NCBI GenBank assembly: GCA_038496445.1
Contig: JALMLS010000330.1
Coordinates: 62,001 to 126,000 of the forward strand
DNA: 64,000 nt
Source of the DNA: Trichosphaerium sp. ATCC 40318
Lineage: Eukaryota; Protista; Tubulinea
Reading direction: 5' to 3'
Each line of letters starts with the position of its first letter. Position 1 is the first letter of the stretch. The notes below the pieces were generated by a model. The model had not been told where the DNA came from. It made no database searches and saw only the letters and a list, made by a program, of their open reading frames with translations. Shown piece after piece: positions 1 to 13,958 of the stretch. A program made the translations under genes and the position numbers.

Positions 1-394
1 AGTATGTATGCCAGAAGCTTGTGATGAGAGCTTTCATAGATTGATGATAAACAGACTTACAGTTAAGTGGCTATCAATCGCGACTTAAGTTTTGCGTTTT
101 CCTCATTTTTTGTTGAACTCACGTGATTTCTTTAGCATTACTGTTTGATCGATAATGAACCTTCTGACTGTGTTACCCAAATATCTGAATGTTACTTGGA
201 GGCTAAACGAACCAAACCAGTTTCTTTGAGCGTTACATTTGCGTTTGCTCTTTCTGGTTGCGGTTTGCTACTGTTGACATTATCTATTTTGGTCTATGCC
301 AAGGTACCCCACTTATAATAACCCAACCTTACCTGTGTAATAGGTTCACAGGATGTCCCAAAGAACACAGAACACCATATCTTATGAAATGTAA
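1..394 (+). CDS. 3' end of a membrane protein gene (partial)
   Basis: Spliced reading ...VSLSVTFAFALSGCGLLLLTLSILVYAK|VHRMSQRTQNTISYEM* with a GT-AG intron at ~304-343 and one hydrophobic helix. Confidence 0.5.
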
Positions 395-420
395 CTTGTA
401 CCAATAAACCTTTGGACTCT

Positions 421-1759
421 TTATGCGTTACGTCTCCCACGTATTAGGATCATCTTTTTACGGCGTAAGGTTGCGTTTTAAGATAAATGCACCTTATCTA
501 ATTCTGGTTTGTCCCAAAACGAAGCGAGAGTATTGTCAATATCCTTTGTAGATAGTACATCTAATAGCGGCGAATCCGTGCTTATCAAAAAATTTGTTTC
601 GATTCTGACACTTTAAAGCTAGGGTAGAACCCTCATCATAACTTTGTTGTGATGCCTTGATTACTTATGTCTTCTCCAGACAGAGAATTGTTTTCTGTCT
701 CTGCTACATGTTTTGTTGTTTCAGCCATAACGTTAGCGCGTTTAAATGATAAAAAGAAAAAACCGTTCAGGTAAGTTTGACGGGTATTGACTAGCGAGCA
801 GTAGCACATTCAACCAATTACCTGACTGTTGAGTCCACTAGCGTGAATGTCGTGAAATGAACTACATAATTTGATTTCAAAACTGGTTTCTTCAAGTTAC
901 AATGGATAGCGCTAACGAACAATAAACTAATTTGTTTTTATTGATTGTTTTTTTTCTATTTACTTTGTGCCACGAGATAACAGCATTTTGCGCATTTCGC
1001 TCATCGTTGGATCTATGGGAATGCATGCTGGAAGTGTTGGAGGTGGCGTAGTTGGCACAAGTGTTGTTGGTGGAGGTGTTGGTTCTGGTGTTGTTGGCGG
1101 AGGTGTTGTAGGTGGAGCTGTTGATGGCGGAGGTGTTGTCAACATTATTACGGCATTAAAATTTGGACTGTCGGTTTGAAACAGAGGCAATGGCTGACTT
1201 GTGAGAAGTGTCAACAATAGTTTAACAAGAAGTGAAAGTAATGAAGCGGTACCTGAAAGTATTTGGATTTGGAAAACTGAGTATTCCAGAGAGAGGTATA
1301 CTTGATGAGGCGAGTGTTGAACCTATTTATCAACTTGTTAGATGTTTAGGAACAGATACTAAAGGTGTATTACCGCTGATGATTGTATTATCAAACGTGC
1401 ATTCTAATGTGAGCCAATAAGACTAACTCCATTAAAAACGATATTGATTTCAACTTGTGTCGGGTCAATATCAACTGCAAATTCCCTGGTGGCTGAAACA
1501 TAAAGGTACTCAGAATTTGGTGTTGAATCAGCATCGTTTATAGCGAAGTTTGGATAGTTTGGTCCCGATGTAAACGAGGAAAACAAGTCAAACCCACTGG
1601 AGATTTTTAAGGTACAATGACCAGTTTCACCAACACCTATTTATCAATTAATCTAACCTAACACGTGTTGTAGGTTGTTTAGAACTTACTAACTTGCGCA
1701 AAAGTTGTGCTAATAGATAGTATACATATAAAGGAAACAAGAGTGGTCACTTTTACCAT
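421..1759 (-). CDS. Secreted/surface protein with Pro/Thr-rich mucin-like stalk (multi-exon; 3' end uncertain)
   Basis: Signal peptide MVKVTTLVSFICILSISTTFAQV then a GTAAG donor; later exon contains TTPPPSTAPPTTPPPTTPEPTPPPTT. Confidence 0.55.
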
Positions 1760-2839
1760 GATGGACGATAAGCTGCGTATGCGAAGTGCAATATGAATTT
1801 ATTGCTAAGGTCTAAAAACAAGCTGCAAGTATGCGTCATCATTTTCTGACTTTTGGCGTACACCCATTTAATGACTAACAAGATATTCTTTTCAGTTAGG
1901 ATAAAGAACATAGAGCAAGGTTATTGGTTCATAATGTGAAGAAAGTTGAATGATTTGAATGCAGTTTTCGTGCTAAGAACATAGAACTACTTTTATGTTG
2001 ATGCTTTGTCACGGCACTTGTTTCAATAAAGGTACTACCTTTATGTTGATGTCCATTGTCACGTTTTTTTCAATAAAGGTTCATTGTTGATTAAAACGAG
2101 TTCTAAAGCAAGGAATGTAGCTACATTTACTTAGTTAAACAATTGGCAGGTGTAAAGCATTAGTTTGGAAAAAAAAAGCGCCATCTTTTTCCGAAATTAG
2201 GTGAATAATCAATAGCTCCTTTTAAAGTACCTTTTGAACGAAAAGTTACTAAAACATGTTTAAACGCTTTTAGACTCTATAAAATATTCTTGAGCTAGCC
2301 GTTGACGTTGTATTTTCTGTTGTTCGAACAATTATTTTCTGTATTTTCGCACATTCACTTTTCAGTGTACATTCAGGAGCTTCTGGAATTTCTGCCTTAT
2401 TAATTGCTAAGCCAGGAGACAATGCGAACGCAAATAAGTTTCTTTCGCCTTTTGGGTGTCATGGACATACGTTTGCTCATCACGTGATTAGTACAAAGAA
2501 GCAGAATAGGATTTTGTGTTGATACCAATAAACAGGCTGCTAATTGTAACAAGTACTTGTACCGAGATGTTAACGAAGCGGGTTCGCCTTGCAATTACTG
2601 TTAGGCGAAAAACTACTAGTTTCGATGCTAGTTTTTTGATTGACTCCGAAGTCGTTACAGAAATTCAATCCAAAAACTACATGACGTACGACGTTATTAA
2701 TACTATGATTTTGATGTGGTTTAAAGTAATACATACCAAGCACTCTACTTGTGCATAAAACAAAGATCACGTGACACGCGAATTTGTGTAGTTTTAGTAA
2801 ATCATTTCTTATTTCTTATCTTTTGTTCATATGCTTTCA

Positions 2840-4190
2840 AATGAAGCAACAAGTATCCAATATAGTGAAAATCGCCATAACATTGTCTCTAATATTGACG
2901 TGCATGTCCCAAAGAGATCCTGGGTTCTTATTTGGTACCGACTCAAACGATATTGTACAAGTATTTTCAACTGACTTGGATTTCAATGGTACAACAGATG
3001 CTTGAAAGAACTCTTATAATTTACATGCCTCGGCGATGCTGGCTTGAATCCTGATCTAACTCTTTCTCCAGACGCTATCATGAGAGCTGTACCAGTCAGT
3101 ATGCCGTTTTGTTCTGTTGTAGTCGCCTCAGTTGATGGCGGTTTATTTCACTTAACAAAAGTAGTTCCTTCATTGGATGGTCAGATGCTTGTCATTGCGC
3201 TTAGTGAAGGCTTTGAATTGCTTGGTATTTGTTTTTATCTGCACCCACTTAACAGATACCATTTGCTCGCACGGTTGCCTGATATTCACCCTAAACATCC
3301 TTCGCCACAAGGCGTATACATGCCATACAAAGTGAATCACTTTTTAAGTGTTTTAGTACTTTTCAGTGTGACACGCAGAGCAATGAATTCACGTTTATAA
3401 TTAGGTGATTACCAACCGTATTCTAATGTCTTTTTCCTTTTGTTACAAAACCAGTTTACTACCGTGGTGAGGAGTTAGTTCAACAAAGTAATAAGGTAAT
3501 TATCATTTTTTGGTCTTTTTCTCAACTAGCTTGATTGTACAGATCGCACCTGAGATGAACAATATCAGGATTCAATTATTGACGCAGTAGTATTACTATA
3601 GTCGGGATGGCTTAGCTTATTGTATGTTTCATTCAAGTTTTACTAATATTTTCTAGAAAGTCAGTTTTTAGCACTTTTAGCAGATCTAGCAAGATCTGAC
3701 ACTTCTGTCAAATGGTGTAGATCTATCACAATGTGAACTATTTGTGCTATAATGTTGTCCTTCATTGTATGACTTAGGTACCTTACGGTAAGTGATAGCA
3801 AAATTTTCAATGTAAGTTTCAACATACCAAGGAAGATGATCGCAGTATTTTACCTACGCCAACTGTACACGGTACGATCAAACCACAGAAGTGTTCAATG
3901 CGCTAAAAGCGAATTAAAAAGGTATGATGTCCTACAAAGCTATCGCATTACCGCCAAACACGGTATGAATGCCTCAAACACTGTTTGCTGTATGTTTTGC
4001 TTCAAAAAATCAACGTACGTGTATAACTTACTAGCGCTACGCTAGCGCTACGCTAGCGCCTACCCCACGCTAACAGAAGCGCTATGGTAGCATCTAAGCA
4101 GCAATGAAGGTGTAACAACGTCAAAACCGCCCCAAAACACCACCAGCGTTGCTGTAGGCTTTGTAAACGCCGCTAGGCGTCAAATATGTA
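2840..4190 (+). CDS. Secreted hypothetical protein (multi-exon; 3' end uncertain)
   Basis: Signal-like MKQQVSNIVKIAITLSLILTCMSQ; intron ~2989-3070 (CTAAC branch, CAG acceptor) joins to DAIMRAVPVSMPF; further short exons follow. Confidence 0.45.
4031..4061. repeat. Short tandem repeat (CTAGCGCTACG)x~3
   Basis: ctagcgctacg-ctagcgctacg-ctagcgcct is directly visible. Confidence 0.7.
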
Positions 4191-4809
4191 AATAAAAAAG
4201 TTTGCTCTGGGGTTTGTTAAATCACGTGGGTTTGAAACGGTTGGATTCACTGGACAGGCGTGAGGGTAGATCACATTTAAAAAAATGACAATTTGCAAGA
4301 TCTGTCAGAAGTGTCAAATCCGTCAGATCTGACAGATCGGGCAGAAACTGGATTTTTTTTGCTAAAAGTCAGTCTGTCTCAAAACTTGAATGAAACAGAC
4401 AATATTATTCATTTTGATAAATCGAAGACAATCACCTGAGAAAAACCGCCATTTCTTTGAATGGACCAACTTCTTTGCAGTTTCTCCAAAGATAAAAGCT
4501 CGTGTAATTTTAACTCTAAACTTCAACACAACCCATTCTGTTCTTATCGGACATTTATCCGCCATTTTTAAGCAACCACAACTTTTTTTTCGCGCAAAGA
4601 CGTTGGAACAAATATTGCGTAACGCCAGTCTAACTTTAAGGCAGGTGCTAAGCAAACGCGTTTCATCCCTGTACCGATTGTTCTTATTTCATTACTCTCT
4701 TCAAGTCTTGTTAGAGCAGATACTACACTTAGATATAATGGTTATACATACCTCTACCTACTACTTTACTTCGTATAATGCCACACATTTGGTTGACATG
4801 TGTCACCTC

Positions 4810-4918
4810 ATGTGCTGGTTCGCCTTGCCCTCTTCCTTAGCTGAGGACTATGTGGCTCGCCTTGCCCTATTCTTCTGCTGAAGAATATGTGGCTTGCCTT
4901 GTTCCTTCAGCCGAAGTT
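4810..4918. repeat. Degenerate ~37-bp tandem repeat, about 3 copies
   Basis: Units resembling tatgtggctcgccttgccctattcttctgctgaagaa in intergenic DNA. Confidence 0.55.
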
Positions 4919-5247
4919 GAACCAAACGTGCTGCGCCATCACCTTGCTTTTTTTTTTGGTTTAGCAGAAGAGACAGGTTTTCAGTTTTGACATTGTACAT
5001 TTGCTAGCTTTTATTGGTTTTCCAAACGTTTAAAGGATATTGAATGACTTTCACTAGCTTCAAAAGTTTAATTGGATGCCACAACATTGTCATAGCAAGG
5101 CCGGAGAACTTGAAGGATCAGGCTTAGAAAAATCACTTATTTTTTTAGCCCTTTTTTAATCATTGGCGTTTACAGCTACATACAGACTTACGAGTAATCA
5201 TTTACTAGAAAAAAGAAGTGCTTTTATTGCGTAATGTCGTTCCCTGC

Positions 5248-6287
5248 TTAGAAATAATACGCGAAGTGGGTGACAAGTATCATACTTCTCTCCAAACAAT
5301 TAGCACCCCCTAATGCCAAAAGTAACAGCATCATGAATTGTCGAGCATCAAACAACATCGCCTCATCTTGGTCAAGATGTGGTTTGATGAGGTTAAAGAC
5401 TTGCTTTTGAAGATTCAATATTTTTTGTTTCCAAGCATCATCGATATCATCACGGCGTTCGAAATGGAATACATACTCAAGTTCGGGATGGTTAATAATA
5501 TAAACTGGATGTAACATGTTGTACTTAACCATACTTTCTACTGTGGCATCTTTAGGTTCACGGTATTTAACGAGACTCAGCCAGAAGTTGTCAAGGGACT
5601 CAAGGAAATGAAAACCAAGAGCGAGAGCATTTTGTCCGGTACCAAACTGTATCAATGAGTAAGTTTCTTGAATAGTATCCTTACCCGTCTCGCACACTCT
5701 GGTATCTAAATAAAAAGTATTAGAGTGTATAAAATGAAGAGGTTGGTGTTGACAGATAGGCGCTTACTAAAGCCGATAATCGTGGTACAGTCACCAATCA
5801 TTTCAAGTTGTCTTATTTGACCTTCATTTTCGCACGTGTCATTCGGAAATTTAGGCTGCGTTTCGGGTTGTATTACTTTTATACCCGAAAGGAGTGATTC
5901 TTTCATAGAGGCCATCCACGCAGAAAAATCGCAACGGAACTTTGCCGTATGTTGTTTTGAGGTCAGTTTTTCAACAAGCTGTGAAAGTACTTTATTTTGC
6001 AGAGTGCTGTCGGTTTTGAGGGTCCCTAGGGAAATAGAAGGTAGGACCAAGTCAAATACAGAGTCTGAGAGTGTGTTTACGTAAATCCTGGCCAAGCGAT
6101 CAGAAAATTGCCCGAGAACTTCTGCTGGTATAGTTTCTGTATTGAGATGTGTTTGAAGTTCCTCGTCACTCATATTGTTCAGTACAGAGAATGCTTGTGT
6201 TTTCAATGTCTTTGGAACTTTGTACAACCGTTCATCATAGTCGTTGCCTGTACGCTTACGTTTGTTACCTACAGTAGGTCGCATTCT
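5248..6287 (-). CDS. Hypothetical protein, 2 exons, basic NLS-like N-terminus
   Basis: Long ORFs 5706-6323 and 5248-5697 separated by an intron-like gap; KRKR near the start; no family recognised. Confidence 0.55.
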
Positions 6288-6396
6288 GATGCTGTTCTTC
6301 TTGAAAAAAAATAGATTACACATGAGTAGGTTAAGTCAATTGTTGACATTACTTAATTATTGCTTATGAAATTTCTTTAGAACCTGCAAACACATT

Positions 6397-8200
6397 ATGA
6401 CTCTGGTTGGCGCTACAGTAGAACGAGCGATCATGTACTACTTGAAGAACCATTCGAAAGCTTACACTACAATTACGGCGGGAGATAAACATGCAACATT
6501 CATAAAACAAGTTGAGAACATAATAAGTGTATCAAATATGTCTCTCATACAACAGCTTGATGAAATTATTTTGAAGCAAGCAAACCACAGCAGCGAAGGA
6601 GTCAAACACACTCCTAAGTACATTGATTCGCCAAAAACAACGCGAAGAAAACAGTACGTAACGATTTTCTTTCAATAAACCAATTTCAGCTCTACATCTA
6701 ATGAATTGAGTTATCACGTGTTACAACACGTGTCATATGCCTTCCAAGCTTATTGCATGCTTTTAACTCCGAATTATCCGTTTGTTACTAACTGGCACCT
6801 CAGGACTTACACTGAAACACAAAGAACCAAATATCGTTGATTTTCCACCAGAGATCATTACAACTATTATAACCTTTACAAACAGCAAAGATAGATTTTC
6901 AATAGCTCAATCTTGTTGTATGATGTCTGACATCATTCATGATATCATTGGATATGATAAGGTTGGTCTATCAAACTTCAATGATATTTTAAAGGTTAAC
7001 AAGTATAAGGGTATCATGAACAACTCAGTGATTACTTTGAATGATATAAATATGAGAAGTGCAAGTTTTTATAGAATTTTATCTGGTTGTCGCCACATAA
7101 AAGCAAGGAAGTATGGTAGTATAACCGACTTGGATTTAGAAGCTCTTTGTGGTATTCATACAATTGATCTTTTAGATTGTAAATACATAACAGATAGAGG
7201 ACTTAAAGCACTCGCAGGTGTTCATACTATTGTACTAGCGGGATGTAATATAGGAGATGAAGGTGTTAAAGCACTCAAAGGCGTTCATACTATAAACCTA
7301 TCAAGAACTTCAGTAACAGATAAAGGCATCAATGCACTCAAAGGTGTTCATGAAATTAACCTTAATAATTGCAAAAAAATAAGAGGTTCAGGTATCAAAG
7401 CGCTGAGAGGTGTTCATACCATATACCTGTCTGATACTTCAATAACATCCAAAAGTATTAAACCATTAGCAGGTGTTCATACAATTGATCTTTCAATTTG
7501 TGGGAAAATAACAGATGTATCGATGCTTTCTGGTGTTCATTCTATAAACCTCAGGTACACTTCAGTATCAGATGACAGTATTAAACACCTTGCTGGAGTA
7601 CATACAATTTGTCTTAACTACACATCAGTCACAGATGAAGGTATAAAAGAGCTTGCTGGAGTTCATACAATTAGCCTAGCTAAAACTGAAGTAACAGATG
7701 AAGGGCTCAAAGCATTAAAAGGTGTCCATACAATTAAACTTTATAATTGTAAATACATAACAGATAGAGGACTTAAAGCACTCGGAGGTGTTCATACTAT
7801 TGTACTAGCGGGATGTAAGGTAGGAGATGAAGGTATTAAAGAGCTTGCTGGTGTTCACACCATTGACGTCAGGTATACTAACATAACAGATGACGGTATT
7901 ATGGCACTCAAAGGTGTACATACCATAAACCTATCGGCAGCTCCAGTAACAGATAAAGGCTTGAAAGCTCTCAAAGGTGTTCATGAAATTGACCTCCAAT
8001 ACTGTAAATACATAACAGATACAGGAATCAAAGAACTCAAGGGTGTTCATACCATTAATCTCTCTGGTACTGCTGTAACAGGTGAAGGTGTCAAATCATT
8101 AATAGGTGCTCATCAAATTCGTGCTAGCCGTAGTTCGACATCACACAAAATTGTTGCCGAAATGGCGAAACACAATTGCAAAGTACTTATCTGGAAATAA
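6397..8200 (+). CDS. F-box + leucine-rich repeat protein (GVHTIDL-type ~22-23 aa repeats) with extra N-terminal exon
   Basis: F-box-like IVDFPPEIITTIITF...SIAQSC followed by many TDEGIKALAGVHTIxLxxT repeats; upstream ORF 6397-6678 is homologous to 35344-35667; exact splice join unresolved. Confidence 0.8.
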
Positions 8201-8370
8201 AAAACCAATCAATATGTCAATTTTATATGTCGTTGAAAGAACAGGATAGCAAACACACTAATTGGTGACAAACAAGCGAATAAAAGCCAATACAAGAGTG
8301 AAGTCTTTATTCACGAACAACAGACAATAGAAAGAGTCCACATCTGCTGTGGTGTAAGTTAGAATTTTCT

Positions 8371-10450
8371 TCATTCTTCTAAGGTACGTTCGTCAACAGT
8401 ATGAGCCAAAGCCCCTTGGTGAGCATCATGGCATGATTGAACACGACCAGAAGGGTCAAGGTTATCACACCATGCAGGAATCCAGTTCTTAACTGTCTTC
8501 TTGCACACATCCGTCTTGTACATTTTCTCGAACAAGTTACGGTAGAAGAATGCTTCCTTCGTCTTTGGTGGATCATGAGGGAACAAAGTCGCGCGGTTCT
8601 CCCATTGTTCTTCGGTGATGCTCTTCTCAGCCAACTCGATGAGTCCATCGATCCAGTTGTAGCCTACGCCATCGCTGAATTGTTCCTTTTGACGCCATAA
8701 GCAGTCTTTTGGGAGGTATGGGTCATCAGGGGTGTCGAAAGCCTTACGAAGTACGTCCTTCTCGATTACGCCATTGCCGCACATTTTAGCTTGTGGGTCA
8801 AAGCCGAAAGAAGTGTCTAAGAAGTCACGGTCGAGGAAAGGAACTAAGATAATAAAGTTAGAATTGAACGATTTTTTTTCGATTTTTTTTTGCAGAATTA
8901 GTCTTTTGTTAAAACACGTACCACGTGCTTCAAGACCCCATGCCATTGTTGACTTGTTAGCTCTCAAGCAATCACAAGTGTACAATTGTCCTACTCTGCG
9001 AACAGCTTCATCATGGAACTCTCTTGGGCTTGGAGCACCGTAGAAGTAAAGGTAACCTCCGTAGATCTCATCGGCACCTTCGCCTGAGAGAACCATTTTA
9101 CAGCCAGTTGCCTTGATCTTTCTTGACATCAAGTACATAGGTGTACTAGCACGGATGGTAGTAACATCATATGTTTCGAGATGCCAGATGACGTTCTCAA
9201 GAGCATCAAAACCATCCTGAAAAAAAATCAGAAACAAGAAAAAAATTGAATCGCAACGTCAAAAGAAAAGGTATCGTACCTGAACAGTAAAGGTGAATTC
9301 ATGATGAATAGAACCAATATGGTCAGCAACTTGCTTTGCAAAAGCAAGATCAGGAGAGTGTCCCTTGATACCAACAGAGAAGGTATGCAAGTTGTATCCC
9401 CACCATTGCTTGTCGTGATGGGCCTCTTTTTCTTTCAAGAGTCTGCTAGCAATTGAAGCTACCAAACTACTATCAAGACCTCCAGAAAGGAGTACACCAA
9501 AAGGAACCTCAGACATAAGTCTTCTGCGAACAGCAGTAGTAAGAGATTCTCTAATCTCAGCGTGTACTACTGGCTTCGTAGGGACCCATGTGGTGTCGAG
9601 GTATTGAGGTTTGTAGTAGCGATGGAATTCGCCTGTCTTGGACGAATAATAGTGACCAGGAGGGAAGCTCTAAAACACACAATGAGAAATGAATTTTGAA
9701 AAAAAAAAAAAAAAAAAAGACGTACGATTAACTCTTCAGTACAGTCATCCATGATTGTCTTCATCTCGCTGGTAATCCAGGTAGAACCATCCTTTCCTTT
9801 ACCCAAGTAAAGAGGTACTACACCGATAGGATCGCGAGCAGCAATGAAATGTTCACCATCGTATAAAACGAATCCGAAATCACCGCTTAACATGTCAATC
9901 ATTTTTTCCTTGTGCTCTTCCCAAAGGTACAAGAGTACTTCACAATCGGAACCAGTTTTTAACTCACGTTTGGTTTTAAGTCCCGCAAGTAGTTCGCGAT
10001 AGTTGTAAATCTCTCCGTTTACGAGAAGTACAGTTTTGCCATCTTCACTAGAAAGATAAAGTAAGTCTTAAGGTCGCAAGAATAAAAAAAAATAAAAGTT
10101 GGGAAAACCAAATGTACTCAGAACAGAGCGAGGATAACACGATAAGACGTACCTTATCAATGGCTGTTCGCCAGAGGCTACGCCCATAATGGCTAAGCGC
10201 TCATGCGCGAAGTAGTTGTTACCCACAACATGACTGCCTGTCCAATCAGGACCGCGATGTCTTAGTCTAAGGAATTGTTATTAGGTTGTTACGGAGTGAA
10301 GGGAAGAAAAATTGGGATGCGTTCACGCATTTTGAAAAATGACGAGATGTACCTTGCTGACAACTTCAATACGTATTGTCTGAAGCCGCGGGGGTCTTTA
10401 TCTTTAAATTTGCTTTCGTCTATGCCTAAAATTGCTAGGATGCCACACAT
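8371..10450 (-). CDS. ASNS: Asparagine synthetase (glutamine-hydrolysing), multi-exon
   Basis: Ntn N-terminus MCGILAIL; motifs [66 protein letters not shown]. Confidence 0.97.
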
Positions 10451-11069
10451 TGTTGATTATTGAGCCTAAGTCGTAATGTTAACACTAAATACCGCCGTAT
10501 AAGTGATCGTACTAGGTATTCGTCTGCTGAAACTTTAATTGGTTTTTGATACGGTAAAGGGATGTATCTTGGTGTTGTAGAACAGGTTGGTATCATAAAC
10601 AGATGTTGCTTATGTTTAAACTTGAGGTTTATGTTGATTGTGATAAGTTTATTTCATGGCTTAAAAAAACTTTTCTGCTAAATTTCCGCTTGCGAAATGG
10701 AGGTCAAGTTTGAATGCAATTCATCAGGGTGCGCTATTGAGGTTGTTTTGTAGTGTGCAACAAGGTGTAAATATAGTAGTTCTGTTGACAAATTGGGAAG
10801 TACGCCAAGGTGAGCAGATGTTCCGCTTAAGAGTGAGCTCGTAACGTGAACAACAGGTCAAAATTGCTTTTCCCAAGCACTAAAATTCAACAAACAAGAA
10901 TAAGAGAACGCAACTTGACACTTCACCTCATTGGGCATGAAAAAATTCTTTGGTTATTTACGTTTCTGTGCATGAGATACGTAAACATTTACCTCTGAGC
11001 TTGTTGTGAATGGCCTACTTGTGAGCGAAGGTCAGTTCTTGTCCCGAGCGAAGTGAGAGGCCGAACTGA

Positions 11070-12853
11070 ATGGAGTCCTCTACTCGCTTGCATTCGTTGT
11101 CCCACACTCCCGTATCTTCGAACAAATGCGAACTATTTCAGGATACTGACTGAGCTTTTTTTTTACCGGTGCTATGTTTCTAAGTAGAAGGTAGCCATAG
11201 AGTTGCAGATGTAAGTGCTTTTAGTGTCCTTTTCAAGTTTCGTGAAAAAAGTTGAAAAACAGTATTATTTGCGTCTAGCATGTGGAGATCTCTTCATTGG
11301 TTTGATCCTCCTGAGTACGATGACGAGTGTACATTAGAATTCGTTCAGGTGCGCCGACGAACTGGCCAGCGAGTTATTGACATGAATAGGTCATAACAAG
11401 GTGCGCTATCGTGTAGAGATTGCTTAATTTACGCAAACAATAAAGGCACGGCTTTCGCACGCCTGCTTCGTCCAAACTCCCTTCCTTTGTTACCGGGGCC
11501 AACTGGGAATGCGATAGCGAGCTAGAGGAATACCAGGGCTTAGATGTATCAATAGGTGATGCCAAAACGAGTTATTTTGAACACAAGAGAGCTCTCATTA
11601 CTGGTGGGACCGTAAAATCGCTAATTATTTATTAACGTTACATGTCAACAGACAAACCGCGTTTTATTGGTAGAAATTGCTTTTCTGGCGCGCTTACAAA
11701 GATTGGCGGGCTTCAGATGTCTACTTTAGGATCTCTACTAAGACGACGCTACGTGGACCAGTTACAGTTCCTCCCGCCAGTGCTAAACCCAGCGACTCTA
11801 TTCCTCAGGTATCTATTCAAAAATAAAATACACTAAACGTATCTCAGGTCTACAAATATCGCTAGAACATTTGAAACAACGTACAATGTGATGCTTGGTC
11901 TGTATCCCAGAGATTACCGCGCCCCATCACAAAGATTCACTATACACGCCCTTCGTGAAGAGGATGAGACTATGTACCCACGTAGCTCTTGTGCTAGATA
12001 CGTTCAGATGAGACGTGAATTGAGGCAAACAGAGAAAGGCCGTAACATTGTAAAGCAAACTGCTAAATACAGGCAAAAGTGGTTCTCTGGTTTGTCTGAT
12101 GAAGTAGAAAAAAAGTATTGGCAATCACGCTCTGTCGCTGGTCTTGTTAACACGTACGCCTTACTTTGCACCCAAAAACTCGTTTTTGTAGACGGACAAT
12201 TGACTTGACTGTTTGACTTTGTTAATTTTATTAAAGAGGCTGCTCTATGGTAGAAAACGGCTTATACACGCCATTGTCTGATGATATGCTTACTTTCTGG
12301 GTTAAACTTTCTGGTAAGATGTACGCTACAAACTTCGGAACGCCTGAAGGCAAAAGAATAGGTTCGTTTTTTTACCTTTTTTTTTTGGTTTGTTTGCTCT
12401 TGTTGACGTTTGAAATTTAAGGTATTGGTCGCTTTATCAATGACCTGACAACTAAAATAAAGAGCGCTTCCAGTGCTCCTAGCCCATTGCAAAGATTCCA
12501 AATATACAGCGGTCATGATAACACACTTGGTCCGCTTTTAGTTGCTCTTGGAATATTTAATGATAAACATCCACCAATGGGTTCAGCACTCATTATCGAG
12601 TTGTGGAGACGTGACTCAGACGATAAACAGTTTATTAAGATGCTGTATAATGGCAAGGTACGCCAATCAAAAATGCTAGGAAAGTGATTTGCAAGTATTA
12701 ATTTTTTTTTTAAAGGAGAAGAAACTCCCTGGAGTTGACAGCACCTATTGTCCTCTAGATATATTTTTGGATTATGCAGACGAGTGTATACCTAAAAATT
12801 ACGAAGAGGAATGCAAACCTATCGCTATCGATGAGACAGATAGAGTACATTAA
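11070..12853 (+). CDS. Histidine acid phosphatase (branch 2), multi-exon
   Basis: RHGFRTP across an exon junction (~11445), GALTKIG, RSTNIARTFET and YSGHDNTL catalytic HD motif. Confidence 0.9.
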
Positions 12854-12927
12854 CAAAAAGTCACTTTTTGTTGATAAAAATAAGAAATTTTTTTCTAATT
12901 TACATAGTGTCTTTTGTAGTGTTTCTT

Positions 12928-13874
12928 TCAGCTTGCATGTAATTTTACAAGCTGTGTGCTACTTTTTGATGAAGGTATATTATCATGTAGCCCATAACCA
13001 AGCTCGAAATACCCTTTTTCAGCTAAAAACCTAAGTGGAGTTAACGACGTCTACTGTGGACAAATTTTTGACTTTTTGTTTTGTTTTCTGGCGCTTACCA
13101 TTTTACGTCTCGGTCAAAACCATTGCTTTGTGGGCTTTGTATGTTCTCTAGTTGAGATCCTAAGCTACCAGAGCGTGTTCTTTCTTTGAGTTTATGTTTA
13201 AACCGTCGTGATCTTCTTTTTGGTGCACCTCCTTCGTGTAGCTGTTCATGCACTAAGTATGATTCTTTGCGTTCTTGTAGAATTCGACGTTTTTGTTTTG
13301 ATTTACGCCTTGACCGTCTTCTCGAGCTTGTTTCTTCGTTTACGGGTGGAATTAGTTTTGGCGGTTCGAGCTACAAAGTAGATTAGTACAAAACACGTTG
13401 TAGTGTTGTGCGTACGCTATTGCAAACTGTGTGTAATATTTCTTCCCATATATACCTGTGCTCTTGAGTTTTAGCGTAAAATACATGACGATCGCCTACA
13501 AATATCCCCTTTTGACCTTGAAGAACGCTTTTAGTGCTATGGTTCATTTTTGGCAACACACCTTTAAATTGTATGAATGTATCTCTTTTTAGCGTCACTT
13601 GTCGTAGAATAGTCTTTGACGTCTGATTATTGTAAGAAATCTAAGATTAGAAACAAGAAAAAGACCGTTTACCTTTGATTTGTATATACGCAACCTATTA
13701 CCAATAAGCTCGCCATGGTGCTTAGTTTTATTGTATTCCAGTGACAAATAGCCCGAGTAAATGCCCTAATTAGTCAAAAGTAAATAAACGGCTCTAAAAG
13801 CATCTACGTCTTACCTTTTTCTTTTCATACTGTTTAACACTAACAACTTTGGAATTATGTCGCTTCTTCCACAT
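12928..13874 (-). CDS. Putative PH-domain-like protein
   Basis: Spliced GIYSGYLSLEYNKTKHHGELIGNRLRIYKSK ... HVFYAKTQEHRYIWEEILHTV resembles the first strands and C-terminal Trp helix of a PH domain. Confidence 0.5.
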
Positions 13875-13958
13875 TCTTAGAGCATGTTGATTGCAGCCTG
13901 ACTTAATAAATACTATTTTTATTAAATTTATTTAAATACTAAAAGAGGAATTTTGTGG

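Noticed and set aside
4390-4881. 163-aa ORF
   Set aside because: No recognisable motif and composition resembles non-coding AT-rich DNA; cannot be supported as a gene
6782-8200. Endogenous giant-virus insertion
   Set aside because: No viral core genes (capsid, polB, packaging ATPase) are seen; the repeat genes are scattered singly among intron-rich host genes
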